NCBI GenBank assembly: GCA_963764625.1
Contig: CAVXTH010000008.1
Coordinates: forward strand, 152,584-216,583
Length of the DNA: 64,000 nucleotides
Direction of reading: 5' to 3'
Source: Candidatus Krumholzibacteriota bacterium
GTDB lineage: Bacteria; Krumholzibacteriota; Krumholzibacteriia; JAJRXK01
In this document: one piece after another, positions 21,961 through 33,965 of the stretch
How positions within the stretch are numbered: the first letter of the stretch is position 1
Layout: each line of letters begins with the position of its first letter
Notes under the pieces: model-generated
Seen by the model: only the letters and a program-made list of their open reading frames with translations
Told to the model about the DNA's origin: nothing
Database searches by the model: none
Translations under genes and position numbers: made by a program

Positions 21961-22137
21961 AGGGCCCTGCCCTCCCTGCGCGTCAAGACCGATGCCCTCC
22001 CCGAGGACGGGTGCGGCGCCGGTCGGTGGGCGCATGAGCCTTCGGATCCGGGAATCGGCCCGGATCCCGGGCTGAGGGAGGAAGGCCGCATTCCGGATAT
22101 ATTTTTACCGCATTGGTTGTGGTTCTCCGCGGGGACT

Positions 22138-22146
22138 TGCTATACT
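22138..22146 (+). promoter_or_regulatory. Extended -10 promoter element
   Basis: TGCTATACT about 100 bp upstream of the 22248 start. Confidence 0.4.
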
Positions 22147-22247
22147 TGGATCGGCCCTGAAAGCCAAGTATTCCTGAATCCTGCCCGAAACGCTCCGATG
22201 CCTATCCCTGGCGGTCGGTTAGCGGGCAATGAGGAGGCTATGCACCC

Positions 22248-22966
22248 ATGAACTTGTTCCAGAAAATCATTCTGGGCGTTTGCGCCCTGTGCCTGATCGT
22301 GCCCGCGGTGGCGCATGCCGTCGTGATCAACGAGATTCGCATCGACGACGATGGCGGCGACAACGACGAGTACTTCGAGCTCGCCGGCACGCCGGGTCAG
22401 TCGCTGGACGGATACACCTATATCGTGATCGGTGATGGCGCCGGCGGCAGCGGCAGTCGATCGAAAACGTGACCGACCTCACTGGCCAGTCCATTCAGGC
22501 CGACGGCTATCTGGCCGTTCACAAATCCGGTACGGTGGGCGACTGCAGCGGCTATGACGTCGATCTCACGCTCAACTTCGAGAACAGCGACAACGTGACC
22601 CACCTGTTGGTGACGGGGTTCACCGGCACGAACGGTGATGACCTCGACACCGACGATGATGGTGTGTCTCGACGCCACCCCCTGGGCGACCATTGAGGAC
22701 AGCGTGGCGTTCATCGAGACCGTCGGCTCAGGGAACGACGCAGATCATGTACTCCATGACTCAGGTGGGTCCGGACGGCAACTTACGTTCCCGGACACAT
22801 CTTCCGTTGTGGCAACACCTGGCACATCGGTCCCTTCGGAGCTAGCGGCGAGCTCGTTTGCTCGGTCGCTTCCGGGACCCTCGACACTCCGGGTGCCGAC
22901 AACAGTCCTTCGTGCGCGATCCCGAGCGAGGAGACCAGCTGGGGTGCCATGAAGTCCCGCTTCTAA
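22248..22966 (+). CDS. Secreted lamin-tail-like domain protein, multiply frameshifted, with C-terminal WG-x-x-K motif
   Basis: GAGGAGG RBS, signal peptide, VVINEI...EYFEL; pieces lie in different frames (22248-22472, 22469-22696, later fragments) and end DTPGADNSPSCAIPSEETSWGAMKSRF*. Confidence 0.7.
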
Positions 22967-23011
22967 TCCACGCCTTAGCACACGCGAATCTCGCGTGTGG
23001 AAAGTAGAATG

Positions 23012-23048
23012 AAAGAGGCCCCGCATCGAATGATGCGGGGCCTTCTCG
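23012..23048. terminator. Bidirectional intrinsic terminator
   Basis: AGGCCCCGCATC-gaat-GATGCGGGGCCT between convergent genes. Confidence 0.75.
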
Positions 23049-23079
23049 TTGCACAGGACCGAGCCCGGGCTCTCCCGAA

Positions 23080-23637
23080 TTAACCGTCGGTCCGCGGCCC
23101 GCGGTGTCGCGCATGCGGCCCACGGTCTCCCATGCGACGGGCTCCACCGCGCATTCCCCAGGCGCCACGGTGCGGCCGCTCGGCTCGCATCTGCACCCAC
23201 TCCGCGCGTTGCTCGGCCGTCAACAGCGCGCGCATATCCATCTGATGGGCGAGCCGCGCCGTCGCCATCTTCGAACGCAGGTCCTGAACCTTGGCGCCCG
23301 CTTTCAAGACGGCGTTGCGATCCGCCTCCGGATCGAGAAGCAGCGCCTCGAGTTCCGCCTTTGCGTTCGCAACTTCACCGCTCAAGCGGGTTTGCTCTTG
23401 CTGATGCTTCAGCCGCAGCGCGCCGAGCTTGGTCTGTTGCTCCTCGCTCAAGTCCAGCTTCGCGATCAGCGCCTGCCGGAAGAAGCCCCCAGGAGCATTG
23501 TCGCCGCCCCGAGCCCACGCGGGACCGCCGGAAGACGGAGGGGGAGGCGCGGGTTGGGAGTGCACCGCCGCGGGAATCAGGATTGCCAAGAGGGCAAGTC
23601 CGGCGATTGCCGCAGTCCAACTTCGTGTCGACTTCAT
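23080..23637 (-). CDS. Spy/CpxP family periplasmic chaperone
   Basis: Signal peptide; LDLSEEQ and LLTAEQR (LTxxQ) motifs; ATG at 23637. Confidence 0.85.
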   Translation of the reverse strand: MKSTRSWTAAIAGLALLAILIPAAVHSQPAPPPPSSGGPAWARGGDNAPGGFFRQALIAKLDLSEEQQTKLGALRLKHQQEQTRLSGEVANAKAELEALLLDPEADRNAVLKAGAKVQDLRSKMATARLAHQMDMRALLTAEQRAEWVQMRAERPHRGAWGMRGGARRMGDRGPHARHRGPRTDG

Positions 23638-24155
23638 CGTCTTTCTCCTTCGTTCATTCCCCGACGGCGGGGAAACCAAGCTCCGGGTCGGCGGCGGTCT
23701 TCCGGCCGCAGAAACTTCGCTTCCTTGAGCAGAGCTTCGGTGACCAGACTGTCGAGCCGCGTTTGGAGCTGACTGATTTTTTCGTGCGCCACGAGCACCG
23801 AGTCACGATTGGGAACCGGCTCTCGCAGCTCTTGAGCAAAGTCTCTCCGCGCCTCTTCGAGGCGCTGTCGCGTGTCGATCATCTGTGGCTCCAGGGGGAG
23901 AAGCGAGCTCTGAAGCTCCTCTCTCCTCTGGGGATCCAGATGCAGATGACGATCGAGCCACTGCGCGCGTCGCGAAGCCCAGGCCCCGTGTGTGCGCGCG
24001 GTAAACTCTTCACCGCCAGGCATTCTGCGGTGAGCATCGTGACGCGGATAGGGAGCCGGACTCACGGGAGCGCGGCGATGGCCGAGCCACGCCAGTCCGA
24101 ATCCGATGTTGATCGCGAGGGAGAGAACGAGGGCGAGCCGCGCGAATCGCTTCAC
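23634..24155 (-). CDS. Periplasmic heavy-metal-sensor/ZraP-like helical protein
   Basis: GTG at 24155; LVLSLAINIG TM, LHLDPQR, FLRPEDR; overlaps both neighbours by 4 bp. Confidence 0.7.
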   Translation of the reverse strand: MKRFARLALVLSLAINIGFGLAWLGHRRAPVSPAPYPRHDAHRRMPGGEEFTARTHGAWASRRAQWLDRHLHLDPQRREELQSSLLPLEPQMIDTRQRLEEARRDFAQELREPVPNRDSVLVAHEKISQLQTRLDSLVTEALLKEAKFLRPEDRRRPGAWFPRRRGMNEGERR

Positions 24156-24586
24156 TGTCCCACCGCCGATTCTCCGTCGCTGGTGGCGGCCAGGTAGGAT
24201 TCGCCAAACGAAGCCAGGGGTTGATCCAGGAGCGAACTCTCCGCCAGAAAATCGAGAGAATTCGCATTGTCTCCACCACCGACGCTCGTCCACCCCGCGA
24301 GAGCCCCCAGGCTCAGACCAAAGAGAACCAAGAGCGCGTACCCCACCCGGTAGAGTCCTCGCGATCGCTGACGGCGCGGCAACCGCGCCTCGATCCCGGG
24401 CCACAGGTTCAGCTCGAGCGAGCTCTGCGCCTGGTCGAGTTGAGCGTGCAGGGCGCGAAGCGCCTCGAGCTCACGCCGACAATCCGCGCACGCGGCCATG
24501 CGAGCCTCCACCGCCTCCCTCTCTGGGGCCGAAATCTCCCCGTCGAGGTAAGCCAAGAGGCGAAGAGAGTGTTCGTGCTGCTTCAT
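24152..24586 (-). CDS. Anti-sigma factor (zf-HC2-like) with TM helix
   Basis: LLAYLDGEIS...CADC followed by a hydrophobic helix; downstream of an ECF sigma. Confidence 0.85.
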   Translation of the reverse strand: MKQHEHSLRLLAYLDGEISAPEREAVEARMAACADCRRELEALRALHAQLDQAQSSLELNLWPGIEARLPRRQRSRGLYRVGYALLVLFGLSLGALAGWTSVGGGDNANSLDFLAESSLLDQPLASFGESYLAATSDGESAVGQ

Positions 24587-24611
24587 GCGTTCTCACCTTT
24601 CACTTCTACTC

Positions 24612-24638
24612 AACGCGCGCGCTCGGCGAATCCTGCGC
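24612..24638 (-). promoter_or_regulatory. Putative ECF promoter copy 2 (before the anti-sigma gene)
   Basis: Minus strand GCGCAGGATTcgCCGAGcgCGCGCGTT, 23/27 identical to 25314-25340. Confidence 0.65.
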
Positions 24639-24644
24639 GGAGAA

Positions 24645-25229
24645 TCAGAAATCGTCTCCGAATCCCTTAGCGCGCAAGCTTTCCTGCAATTGATGGGTCG
24701 CTCGCACCAAGAGGGATTCCACCGCGGAATCGCTCGCCTTCAGCACCTTGCCGATCTCGCGGTACGAGAGATTCCCCTCGTGGCGGAGGCTGAAGGCCAG
24801 GCGTTGGCGCTCGGGAAGTTCCGCCACGCTCTCCTGAATGGCGCTGGCGATCTCGTGATTCCGCTGGTCCGCATCCGCTTCGAAGGGGCGGGGTGCGGCG
24901 GGATCGGTGGTGTAGTCCTCCGTCGACAGCGGGAGCCAACTCAGGATCCGGCGGCGGCGCAGGCGGGAGCGGCAGAGGTTGCCCGCGATTCGAAACAACC
25001 AGGAGCGGAAACGCCCTTGGGGCTGATAGTTGCCGGCGTGACGGTAGACCTTGAGGAAGCAGTCCTGTGCGAGGTCGCGCGCGTCCTCTTCGTTTCCCAG
25101 ACATCGCAGGGAGAACGCGAACACCGGCCGCTGCCAACGATCGATCAACAGGCGCAGCGCGGTTTCGTCGCCGGCCGCCACGCGCGCGACGAGTTCGTCG
25201 TCTGGCAAAGAGCGATCGGTTCCCGTCAT
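24645..25229 (-). CDS. ECF RNA polymerase sigma factor
   Basis: DDELV..VAAGD, DARDLAQDCFL, FRSWLFRIA.N, LPERQR...LSYREI. Confidence 0.93.
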   Translation of the reverse strand: MTGTDRSLPDDELVARVAAGDETALRLLIDRWQRPVFAFSLRCLGNEEDARDLAQDCFLKVYRHAGNYQPQGRFRSWLFRIAGNLCRSRLRRRRILSWLPLSTEDYTTDPAAPRPFEADADQRNHEIASAIQESVAELPERQRLAFSLRHEGNLSYREIGKVLKASDSAVESLLVRATHQLQESLRAKGFGDDF

Positions 25230-25236
25230 GCTTCTC

Positions 25237-26073
25237 TCACCCAGGAATCGAGGCCACGAAGACGAGGTCGTGACTCTCCTCCTCGATGAACTCGCAGCGG
25301 CTCATTCCACCATAACGCGCGAACTCGGAAAATCCTGCGCCGCGCACCAAAGCTTCGAGCTCCGGAGAGGTCCAGCTTCGCACGCGAATTCGCCGGGCCG
25401 AGCGAACCACCAGGGGCTCTTCCTCCTCGGGACGATATTGGAGGGTCGCGGGGACGAACCACAAGTGCTCCTCGTCCTGGGGAGAAAGCAGTCGCAGCCA
25501 GACGACCTCGCCCGCGGGATTCTCCGGATCGGGACGCACGTTCAGGGGCAAGCTGCGAACTCCCTTAGCGCGGATGCGCTGGTAGTTCAGGAGCTGCACG
25601 AGCAGGGGAGCGCCGGGGGCGAGATGGCGGGCGAGCACTTCTAGTCGCGCCACCAGGTCCTGCTCCTCGAAATAGGGGAAGACGTTCCCGACGCACAGCG
25701 CTCCGGCGAAGCGCGGGTCTTCCTGAAGGGCCGTGGTGGGAAGGGGTGCATCGCGCCTTGCCCAGGCACACACCTCGCCGAGATCCAGCATGTCCGCGCA
25801 GCGGAAGAAGGGGCCGTGCGCGCCGAACTCTCCCTCGTAGGCGCGCGCGCTTTCGATTTGCTTTTCCGAGGAATCGACGCCAATGGCATGCCATCCGACA
25901 GAGGCGAGCCAGCGGGCATGTTCTCCGGTGCCGCAGCCCAGGTCGACGATGGTCCCGCCCTGCGGCGGGCCGAAAGTCGCGGCGAGGAAGGGTGCTTCCC
26001 GGCGCAGGCGGGGGGCCCAATCGATCAGACTGCGATAGTCGCCGTTTTCAAAATGATCCTTTTGCTGCACCAT
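25237..26073 (-). CDS. Class I SAM-dependent methyltransferase
   Basis: IVDLGCGTGEH, GVDSSE, CVGN, LAPG; ATG 26073 inferred. Confidence 0.85.
   Translation of the reverse strand: MVQQKDHFENGDYRSLIDWAPRLRREAPFLAATFGPPQGGTIVDLGCGTGEHARWLASVGWHAIGVDSSEKQIESARAYEGEFGAHGPFFRCADMLDLGEVCAWARRDAPLPTTALQEDPRFAGALCVGNVFPYFEEQDLVARLEVLARHLAPGAPLLVQLLNYQRIRAKGVRSLPLNVRPDPENPAGEVVWLRLLSPQDEEHLWFVPATLQYRPEEEEPLVVRSARRIRVRSWTSPELEALVRGAGFSEFARYGGMSRCEFIEEESHDLVFVASIPG
25314..25340 (-). promoter_or_regulatory. Putative ECF promoter copy 1 (before the sigma gene, inside the methyltransferase 3' end)
   Basis: Minus strand GCGCAGGATTttCCGAGttCGCGCGTT. Confidence 0.65.
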
Positions 26074-26101
26074 CTTCCCTCTCTGAAGTAGAATTGAAGC
26101 G

Positions 26102-27058
26102 ATGAACGAAATCCACGTCCGTCCAGCCACTCTCGACGATGTGCCCGTCATCGCCGAACTTTCTCCCTCGGCCGAGGACATGCGCCAGGCCGCGCCCCGC
26201 GAAATGGCGCCGCTGGACGCGGAGATGGTGACGCAGTGGATGCGCGAACGCAGCAGCGGATTCGTCCTCGAGTACGACGGCCGAATCGTGGCCTATGGCG
26301 AGCTGAATGAAAACTCCGAAGAGCGCGCTTCGTACTGGATCGGCCACGTCATGGTTCACCCCCGACGCCGGGGCTCTGGGTTCGGGCGCAACCTGGTGGG
26401 GGCCTTGCTCAAACACGCGATGGAGTCCCTGAACGCCCGCGAAGTGCGGATCAGCGCTTTCGACGACAACCCCGCCGCCTTGAAGTGTTACCGGGCCTGT
26501 GGCTTCACCGAGGGGGGCCGGCGCTTCATCGACGGACGTATTCTGGTGGACTTCCGCTTCCGCGACGAAAGCGGGGAGCGAATTCTGCCCCCTCTGGTGG
26601 CCATGCTCCTCGTTCTCAGCGCGGCCGGTCTGACCGCGCTCCTTTCGCCAGCTTCGGCGAAGTTCTGGCTGCAGGACATGAGTCAGGAATACCTCGGTTT
26701 CGCACTGATTCTGGGAACCGTGGTCGCGGGTCTGATGGGTCTTCTGTTGCATCCGCTCCTTCCCCGACGTTCGGGCAGCCGAGTCGAACGCTTCCTTCTG
26801 CCCGTCATCTACGGAGCCAGCGTGGCTCTCTCCTCCGCGATCCTCCTCGCGCTAATCTTCTTCGTGTTCGCGCGCCTGGGCATGGGAATGGGGACCACGC
26901 TCCTCAGCCAGCACACTCCGATGGCTTCGGGTTCTTCACAACCGATCACGGGGGAAGCGCTCCTCTGGCGCATCATCTCCCAAAGTTTGGCGCTGGGGAG
27001 TGGGTGGGGCGTGATACTCGCGCTTCTGAGTCGCGGCCTGGACCGAGGCCGCGGGTAG
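26102..27058 (+). CDS. GNAT acetyltransferase fused to a C-terminal domain of about four TM helices
   Basis: VRPATLDD, VHPRRRGSGFG, NPAALKCYRACGF, then four hydrophobic segments. Confidence 0.75.
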   Translation: MNEIHVRPATLDDVPVIAELSPSAEDMRQAAPREMAPLDAEMVTQWMRERSSGFVLEYDGRIVAYGELNENSEERASYWIGHVMVHPRRRGSGFGRNLVGALLKHAMESLNAREVRISAFDDNPAALKCYRACGFTEGGRRFIDGRILVDFRFRDESGERILPPLVAMLLVLSAAGLTALLSPASAKFWLQDMSQEYLGFALILGTVVAGLMGLLLHPLLPRRSGSRVERFLLPVIYGASVALSSAILLALIFFVFARLGMGMGTTLLSQHTPMASGSSQPITGEALLWRIISQSLALGSGWGVILALLSRGLDRGRG

Positions 27059-27072
27059 CCCGCTCCGGCGTT

Positions 27073-27798
27073 TCAGGTTTGCAGCACGTCCCGCCAGTCC
27101 GGCCTCGTGTCGCTGGAAAACACATAGAGAGGGTAGAGCCTCTCGAAGGTGCTCTTGCATTCGTTGAGAAAGGACCCCGGAGTCAGGCGCGAGGAGTTCT
27201 CGCGAAGTTGACGGCTCACCACCCAGCCGAGGGTGTCTTGCCACTCGTCTCCGCGCCCGGGAAAGGAGTCGCCCTCGCGCAGGCCCAGGCGCCCCGCGCC
27301 GCGCACGAAGCGACGGAATTCGAAGCCGCGGCGCAGGTAGTTCGCCTTGATGTAGTCATCCAGAAGAGAAAGATGGCCGCGAAGGCGCGGCTTGAAGACC
27401 TCCCGCATCCGTCCCTTGTTGTACGACCAGTCATAGATGGAAAAGCCCAGGGTCACTGCCTCGGCCCCGATGCCGATGTGGAGATGGCCGTCGCACAGAC
27501 GGGGAATTTCAGTGTTCCACCAGAACTGGTAGAGGCTGGTCTTGTAATGCGGCCCCTCCGGCGGCAGCTCCCCAGTGAGCTCGATGCGGCTCAGGTGCTC
27601 CTCCGGAGTCTCGCCCGGCTTGAAGTTCCCGTTGAGTTCTTGCATGAAGGGGGCGAGCCCTTGCTCCAGTTCCTGGAACGGAGCCAGAACGAATTCCTCG
27701 TAGAGCTGGCGCTGGGACTCGAACCAGAGACGGTGGTTGTTGAGCGTCAACTCGCGGAAGAATTGAAAGGACTCCGCGCGAAAACCTTGAAATGACAT
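27073..27798 (-). CDS. DUF2461-like protein
   Basis: N-terminus FQGF...FFRELTLNNHRLWFE...YE typical of DUF2461. Confidence 0.6.
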   Translation of the reverse strand: MSFQGFRAESFQFFRELTLNNHRLWFESQRQLYEEFVLAPFQELEQGLAPFMQELNGNFKPGETPEEHLSRIELTGELPPEGPHYKTSLYQFWWNTEIPRLCDGHLHIGIGAEAVTLGFSIYDWSYNKGRMREVFKPRLRGHLSLLDDYIKANYLRRGFEFRRFVRGAGRLGLREGDSFPGRGDEWQDTLGWVVSRQLRENSSRLTPGSFLNECKSTFERLYPLYVFSSDTRPDWRDVLQT

Positions 27799-27816
27799 GG
27801 ATTGGGTCTCCTGGTT

Positions 27817-30134
<2,318 letters not shown>

Positions 30135-30265
30135 ACCTCCGCGAGGCGGCATCTGCCAGCGGCGGCTCTTGCTTGCGCCGCCTCGGTGATCTATGCTCAT
30201 GAACCCGGCGCGAACGGAGAGTTCGGCCGATCTGCCGTCGAAACCCTTCAGCCAGGAGGGCAACC

Positions 30266-30600
30266 GTGTCCGAAGCAAGCGAACATACCTACCTCGAACT
30301 CAAGGCAATGACGGTCGCCCAGCTCCGCGAAATCGCCGCCGGTATCGACCACCCCGCGGTCCAGGGCTACACCCAGTTGCGAAAGGCCCAGGTGCTCGAG
30401 GGAATCTGCACCGCCCGGGCATAGAGATGCACGAGCACCACGAGGTCGTGGGGCTCAACCGCGGCGCGGTGCGGACGGAGATCGGCGAGTGGAAGCGCAA
30501 GCGTCAGGCGGCCCTGGAAGCCGGCGACCACGAGCAGCTCCGATTCGCGCGTACCAAGATCCGCCGCCTCAAACGCAAGATCCGCAAGTCGTTGGTCTGA
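30266..30600 (+). CDS. Small protein with a Rho-N-like (HeH) domain and basic coiled coil, one frameshift near 30415
   Basis: AGGAGG RBS, GTG 30266: MSEASEHTYLELKAMTVAQLREIAAG...YTQLRKAQV, continuing in another frame as GIEMHEHHEVVG...RRLKRKIRKSLV. Confidence 0.6.
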
Positions 30601-30629
30601 CCCCTTTTTCGAGCGCCCCCTCTTCGCTC

Positions 30630-30678
30630 TTGCCTTTGTTCGTTGTCGCGAGCTAATATCGGATCATCAGATCTGATG
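30630..30678 (+). promoter_or_regulatory. Sigma70-like promoter with an adjacent palindromic operator
   Basis: TTGCCT-18 bp-TAATAT then perfect palindrome CATCAGATCTGATG (30665-30678). Confidence 0.5.
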
Positions 30679-30793
30679 GCCTTCTGGCGCCGCCCCGTGC
30701 TTTCCCCCCTGGGGTGGCGCCGGGCCTCCCGTTCTCGTGCGGGCGGCCCTGCATGGCTTCCAGCGCAGGCCCGCCCCACCCATGGAGGCGGCG

Positions 30794-33426
30794 ATGAAAC
30801 GAACGTTAATTCCGGCCCTTTTGAGCCTTCTGTTTATCACATCAACTTTTTTTGATGCAAATGCGAAACCGCCGATCCGGGCGGCGTTTTTCAGTGTCTA
30901 CCCTTCGGCGGTGGGCACGCAGCTCGACACTTGCCCAGCAATTCGAAGCACTGCGGCGTATGCCATTTCGACTTCAACGGGGGCGGCCCACGCAATCCCT
31001 ACGGCTTTTTGGTCGAAACCGGGCGCAACAACGGTCTCAGCAGTGAAGATGCCATTCTCGCCATCCAGGACGTGGACGCCGATGGAGATGGCCAGACCGA
31101 TCTGACGGAAATTACGAGCGTGCTCTTCAGCAACACGCCGACCTTTCCCGGCCTGAGCTCTTCGAATTACACGAACACAGTCAACATTCCCCTGGCGGAA
31201 ATCGCCGGGTATTTGACACCGAGCGGAGGGAGCGGACACCACGCCCGCCGGTCGTGGACCTCAGCTATCCCGATGGTGGAGAGGTTCTGCCAGGCGGGCA
31301 CTGAAATCACGGTCAATTACACCGCGAGCGATGCGAGTGGGATCTCCCACGTCAACATCTACCGCAGTGAAGATTCGGGCGCGACCTTCGAACCAGTTGC
31401 CCTGAACCAACCCAATACCGGGAGCTTCCAACTCTTCGTAGTGAACCTGCCGGGCAACTTCAGCCGGATCAAGGTGGAAGCAGTGGACAACGCCGCCAAC
31501 GCGGCGAGCGATTCCAGCGCGGCGGACTTCAGTGTCCTGCCGCAGATGGGCCGGGTGCCCACCACTCTGCGCGACGTCAAGATGAACGGGACCCAGCCCC
31601 ACCAGGGAAAAGCTCTCGAGGACCCCGACGCCACCTGTGCCACCTGCCACGGGAACTTCGATACCGCGGTCGAGCCCTGGTACAACTGGAAGGGCAGCAT
31701 GATGGGGCAGTCCATGCGCGATCCCCTTTTCTTGGCCTGCCTGACGGTGGCCGAGCAGGACGCGCCGTCGTCGGGAGACATCTGCATACGCTGTCACTCT
31801 CCCGGTGGCTGGCAGGAAGGGCACAGCGACGACACCAGCGGCGCGATGATCACGGCGAAAGATCGGCAGGGCGTGCAATGCGACTTTTGCCACAGCATCG
31901 TCGACTTCAATTACGTCTCGGGAATTTCTCCCCAGCCCGACTCAGTGGTCGTGGCGGGGATCGATCCTCCTCTGTTGGATTACGCCAATGGATCCTTCAT
32001 CATGGACCAACAACCAGTGCGACGCGGTCCGCGCGCCGATTCGACGGCCCCGCACGCCTTCCTGGAGTCGCCCTTCCACCGCTCGGGGAACATCTGTGGC
32101 ACCTGCCACAACGTGAGTAATCCGGTGTACTACGACGATGGCAGTCACGACCTCGTTTTGACGCCCTTCGACCAGAACCACCCCGACGGCCGCGTATACA
32201 GCATGGGGCAGGTCGAGCGCACCTATGCCGAATGGACGCAGAGTGATTACGCGAATGGTGGGGTCTACGCGCCGCAGTTCGCCGGCACCAAAGCCGACGG
32301 AATGGTCGGGAAGTGCCAGGACTGCCACATGCATGACGTGGTAGGGGAAGCCGCGATTCTGGGTCAGGTTCGACAGGATCTCGCACTCCATGACTTGACC
32401 GGCGGAAACACCTTCGTCCCCGACATCATCCCCGATTTCTTCGCGAGCGAGGTCAACCCCGCGCAGCTGCAGGCGGGAAAGCTGCGCGCGCGGGCAATGC
32501 TGCAGAAGGCGGCGACTCTCGAGGTCACCCCGACGGCCACCGGGATCAATGTGCGGGTGACGAACCAGACCGCTCACAAGTTGCCTTCGGGCTATCCCGA
32601 GGGCCGGCACATGTGGCTTCAGATCGAGGCGGTCGATTCCGGAGGCAGCACCGTGTTTAGCTCGGGGGCCTATGATTCCGAGACGGGCGACATCGCGCAC
32701 GACACGCAGCTGAAGATCTACGAGATCGAAGGCGGCTTCAGTCCCGCGATCGCATCGGCCCTCGGCCTCCCCTTTGGGCCGAGCTTCCACTTCGTGCTCA
32801 ACGACTCGACCTTCTTCGACAACCGAATCCCGCCCCGCGGCTTCAGCAACGCGGCCTTCGCGGATGTGCAATCCCCGGTGGTCGGCTACAGCTATCCCGA
32901 TGGCCAATACTGGGACGACACGGAATACGTGTTGCCGCAGGAAGCGGACTCGGTGTTCGTGAGTCTCTACTACCAGAGCACCTCACCGGGCTACATCGAG
33001 TTTTTGCGCGACGAGAACACCACGAACACCATGGGCCAACAGCTCTATGACGCGTGGTTAGCCCAGGGTAAGAACCCGCCGGAGCTGATGGCGCAGGTGC
33101 GTGAGTCGGTCGAGATTACCGCGACCGCGGCCAATCCGGTGCTTCCCACCGTCGTGATGTTGGCGCCCAATCACCCGAACCCCTTCGGTTCGTCGACGAC
33201 CTTCTCCTACAGCCTGCCCAAGACCGCAAAGGTCGAGCTGAACGTCTACGATCTTCGCGGACGAAGGGTGCGCACGCTTCGCAACGAAACCCAGGATCCG
33301 GGACGCTACGTCGTGCAGTGGGACGGGCGCGACTTCAACGGGAAGAACCTGGCTTCAGGGGTCTACCTGCTTCGTCTCCGGGCGAACGAGCAGATTCGTA
33401 CCCAGCGGGTAACGCTCATGCATTGA
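30794..33426 (+). CDS. Secreted multiheme cytochrome c (6 CxxCH) with C-terminal FlgD-Ig/T9SS type A-like domain; frameshift near 30930
   Basis: GGAGG RBS and signal peptide at 30794; CGVCH, CATCH, CIRCH, CDFCH, CGTCH, CQDCH; tail PNHPNPF...VYDLRGRRV...WDGRD...ASGVYLLRL. Confidence 0.85.
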
Positions 33427-33459
33427 CGGGCCCCGCCACGGCGCAGGATCGAACGAATG

Positions 33460-33497
33460 AGAGGCCCGATGCGCGGAAGCGTATCGGGCTTTTCTCG
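33460..33497 (+). terminator. Intrinsic terminator after the cytochrome gene
   Basis: GCCCGATGCGC-ggaa-GCGTATCGGGC followed by TTTT. Confidence 0.65.
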
Positions 33498-33965
33498 GTC
33501 GGCTTCGCCCAATCCCACTCGCTTGACAGCCCCAGTACGTGTTCCTGTCTTGCGGCGCAGTGATTGCACTTGCAACCATAGGAGCCGCTCGGACGTTGGA
33601 TTTCCATCACTGATCGCTGCGCACGCTGGAGAAGGAGGGCTACGTGCGACGTCTGGCGGATCGTGCGGGCGCAAACTCTTGGTCCATCCACCCGCGAGGA
33701 GATGAGAGGAACGCGCAGCGCAGGGGAGGCCGCGCCCTATGACTCGCTGAAAGCGCGAGCCGAAGTGCAGCACCCCGGGGCCTCGTGGTGGCCGCGAATC
33801 GACGCCGACGCTTCCTACATCGTGCGCGACAATCCGGTGGAAGCGGAATTTGGGAGCGAGCGCTTTTCTCCGGGAAAAGGCGGAGGGCTGGCACACTGAG
33901 GGCGAGGTGGGATCCCGAAGCGCCCCTTCAGCTTTCAAAGGAGACGCCGGTCATCGGCCCGCGCT

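Noticed and set aside
22045-22068. Inverted repeat GGATCCGGG-aatcgg-CCCGGATCC after the bactofilin gene
   Set aside because: No U-tract and no second copy seen; cannot call it a terminator or REP element
33600-33899. MarR-wing-like peptide (LRTLEKEGYVRR) and a 78-aa ORF
   Set aside because: Too short, preceded by a stop and without a clear start; possibly a remnant but not supportable
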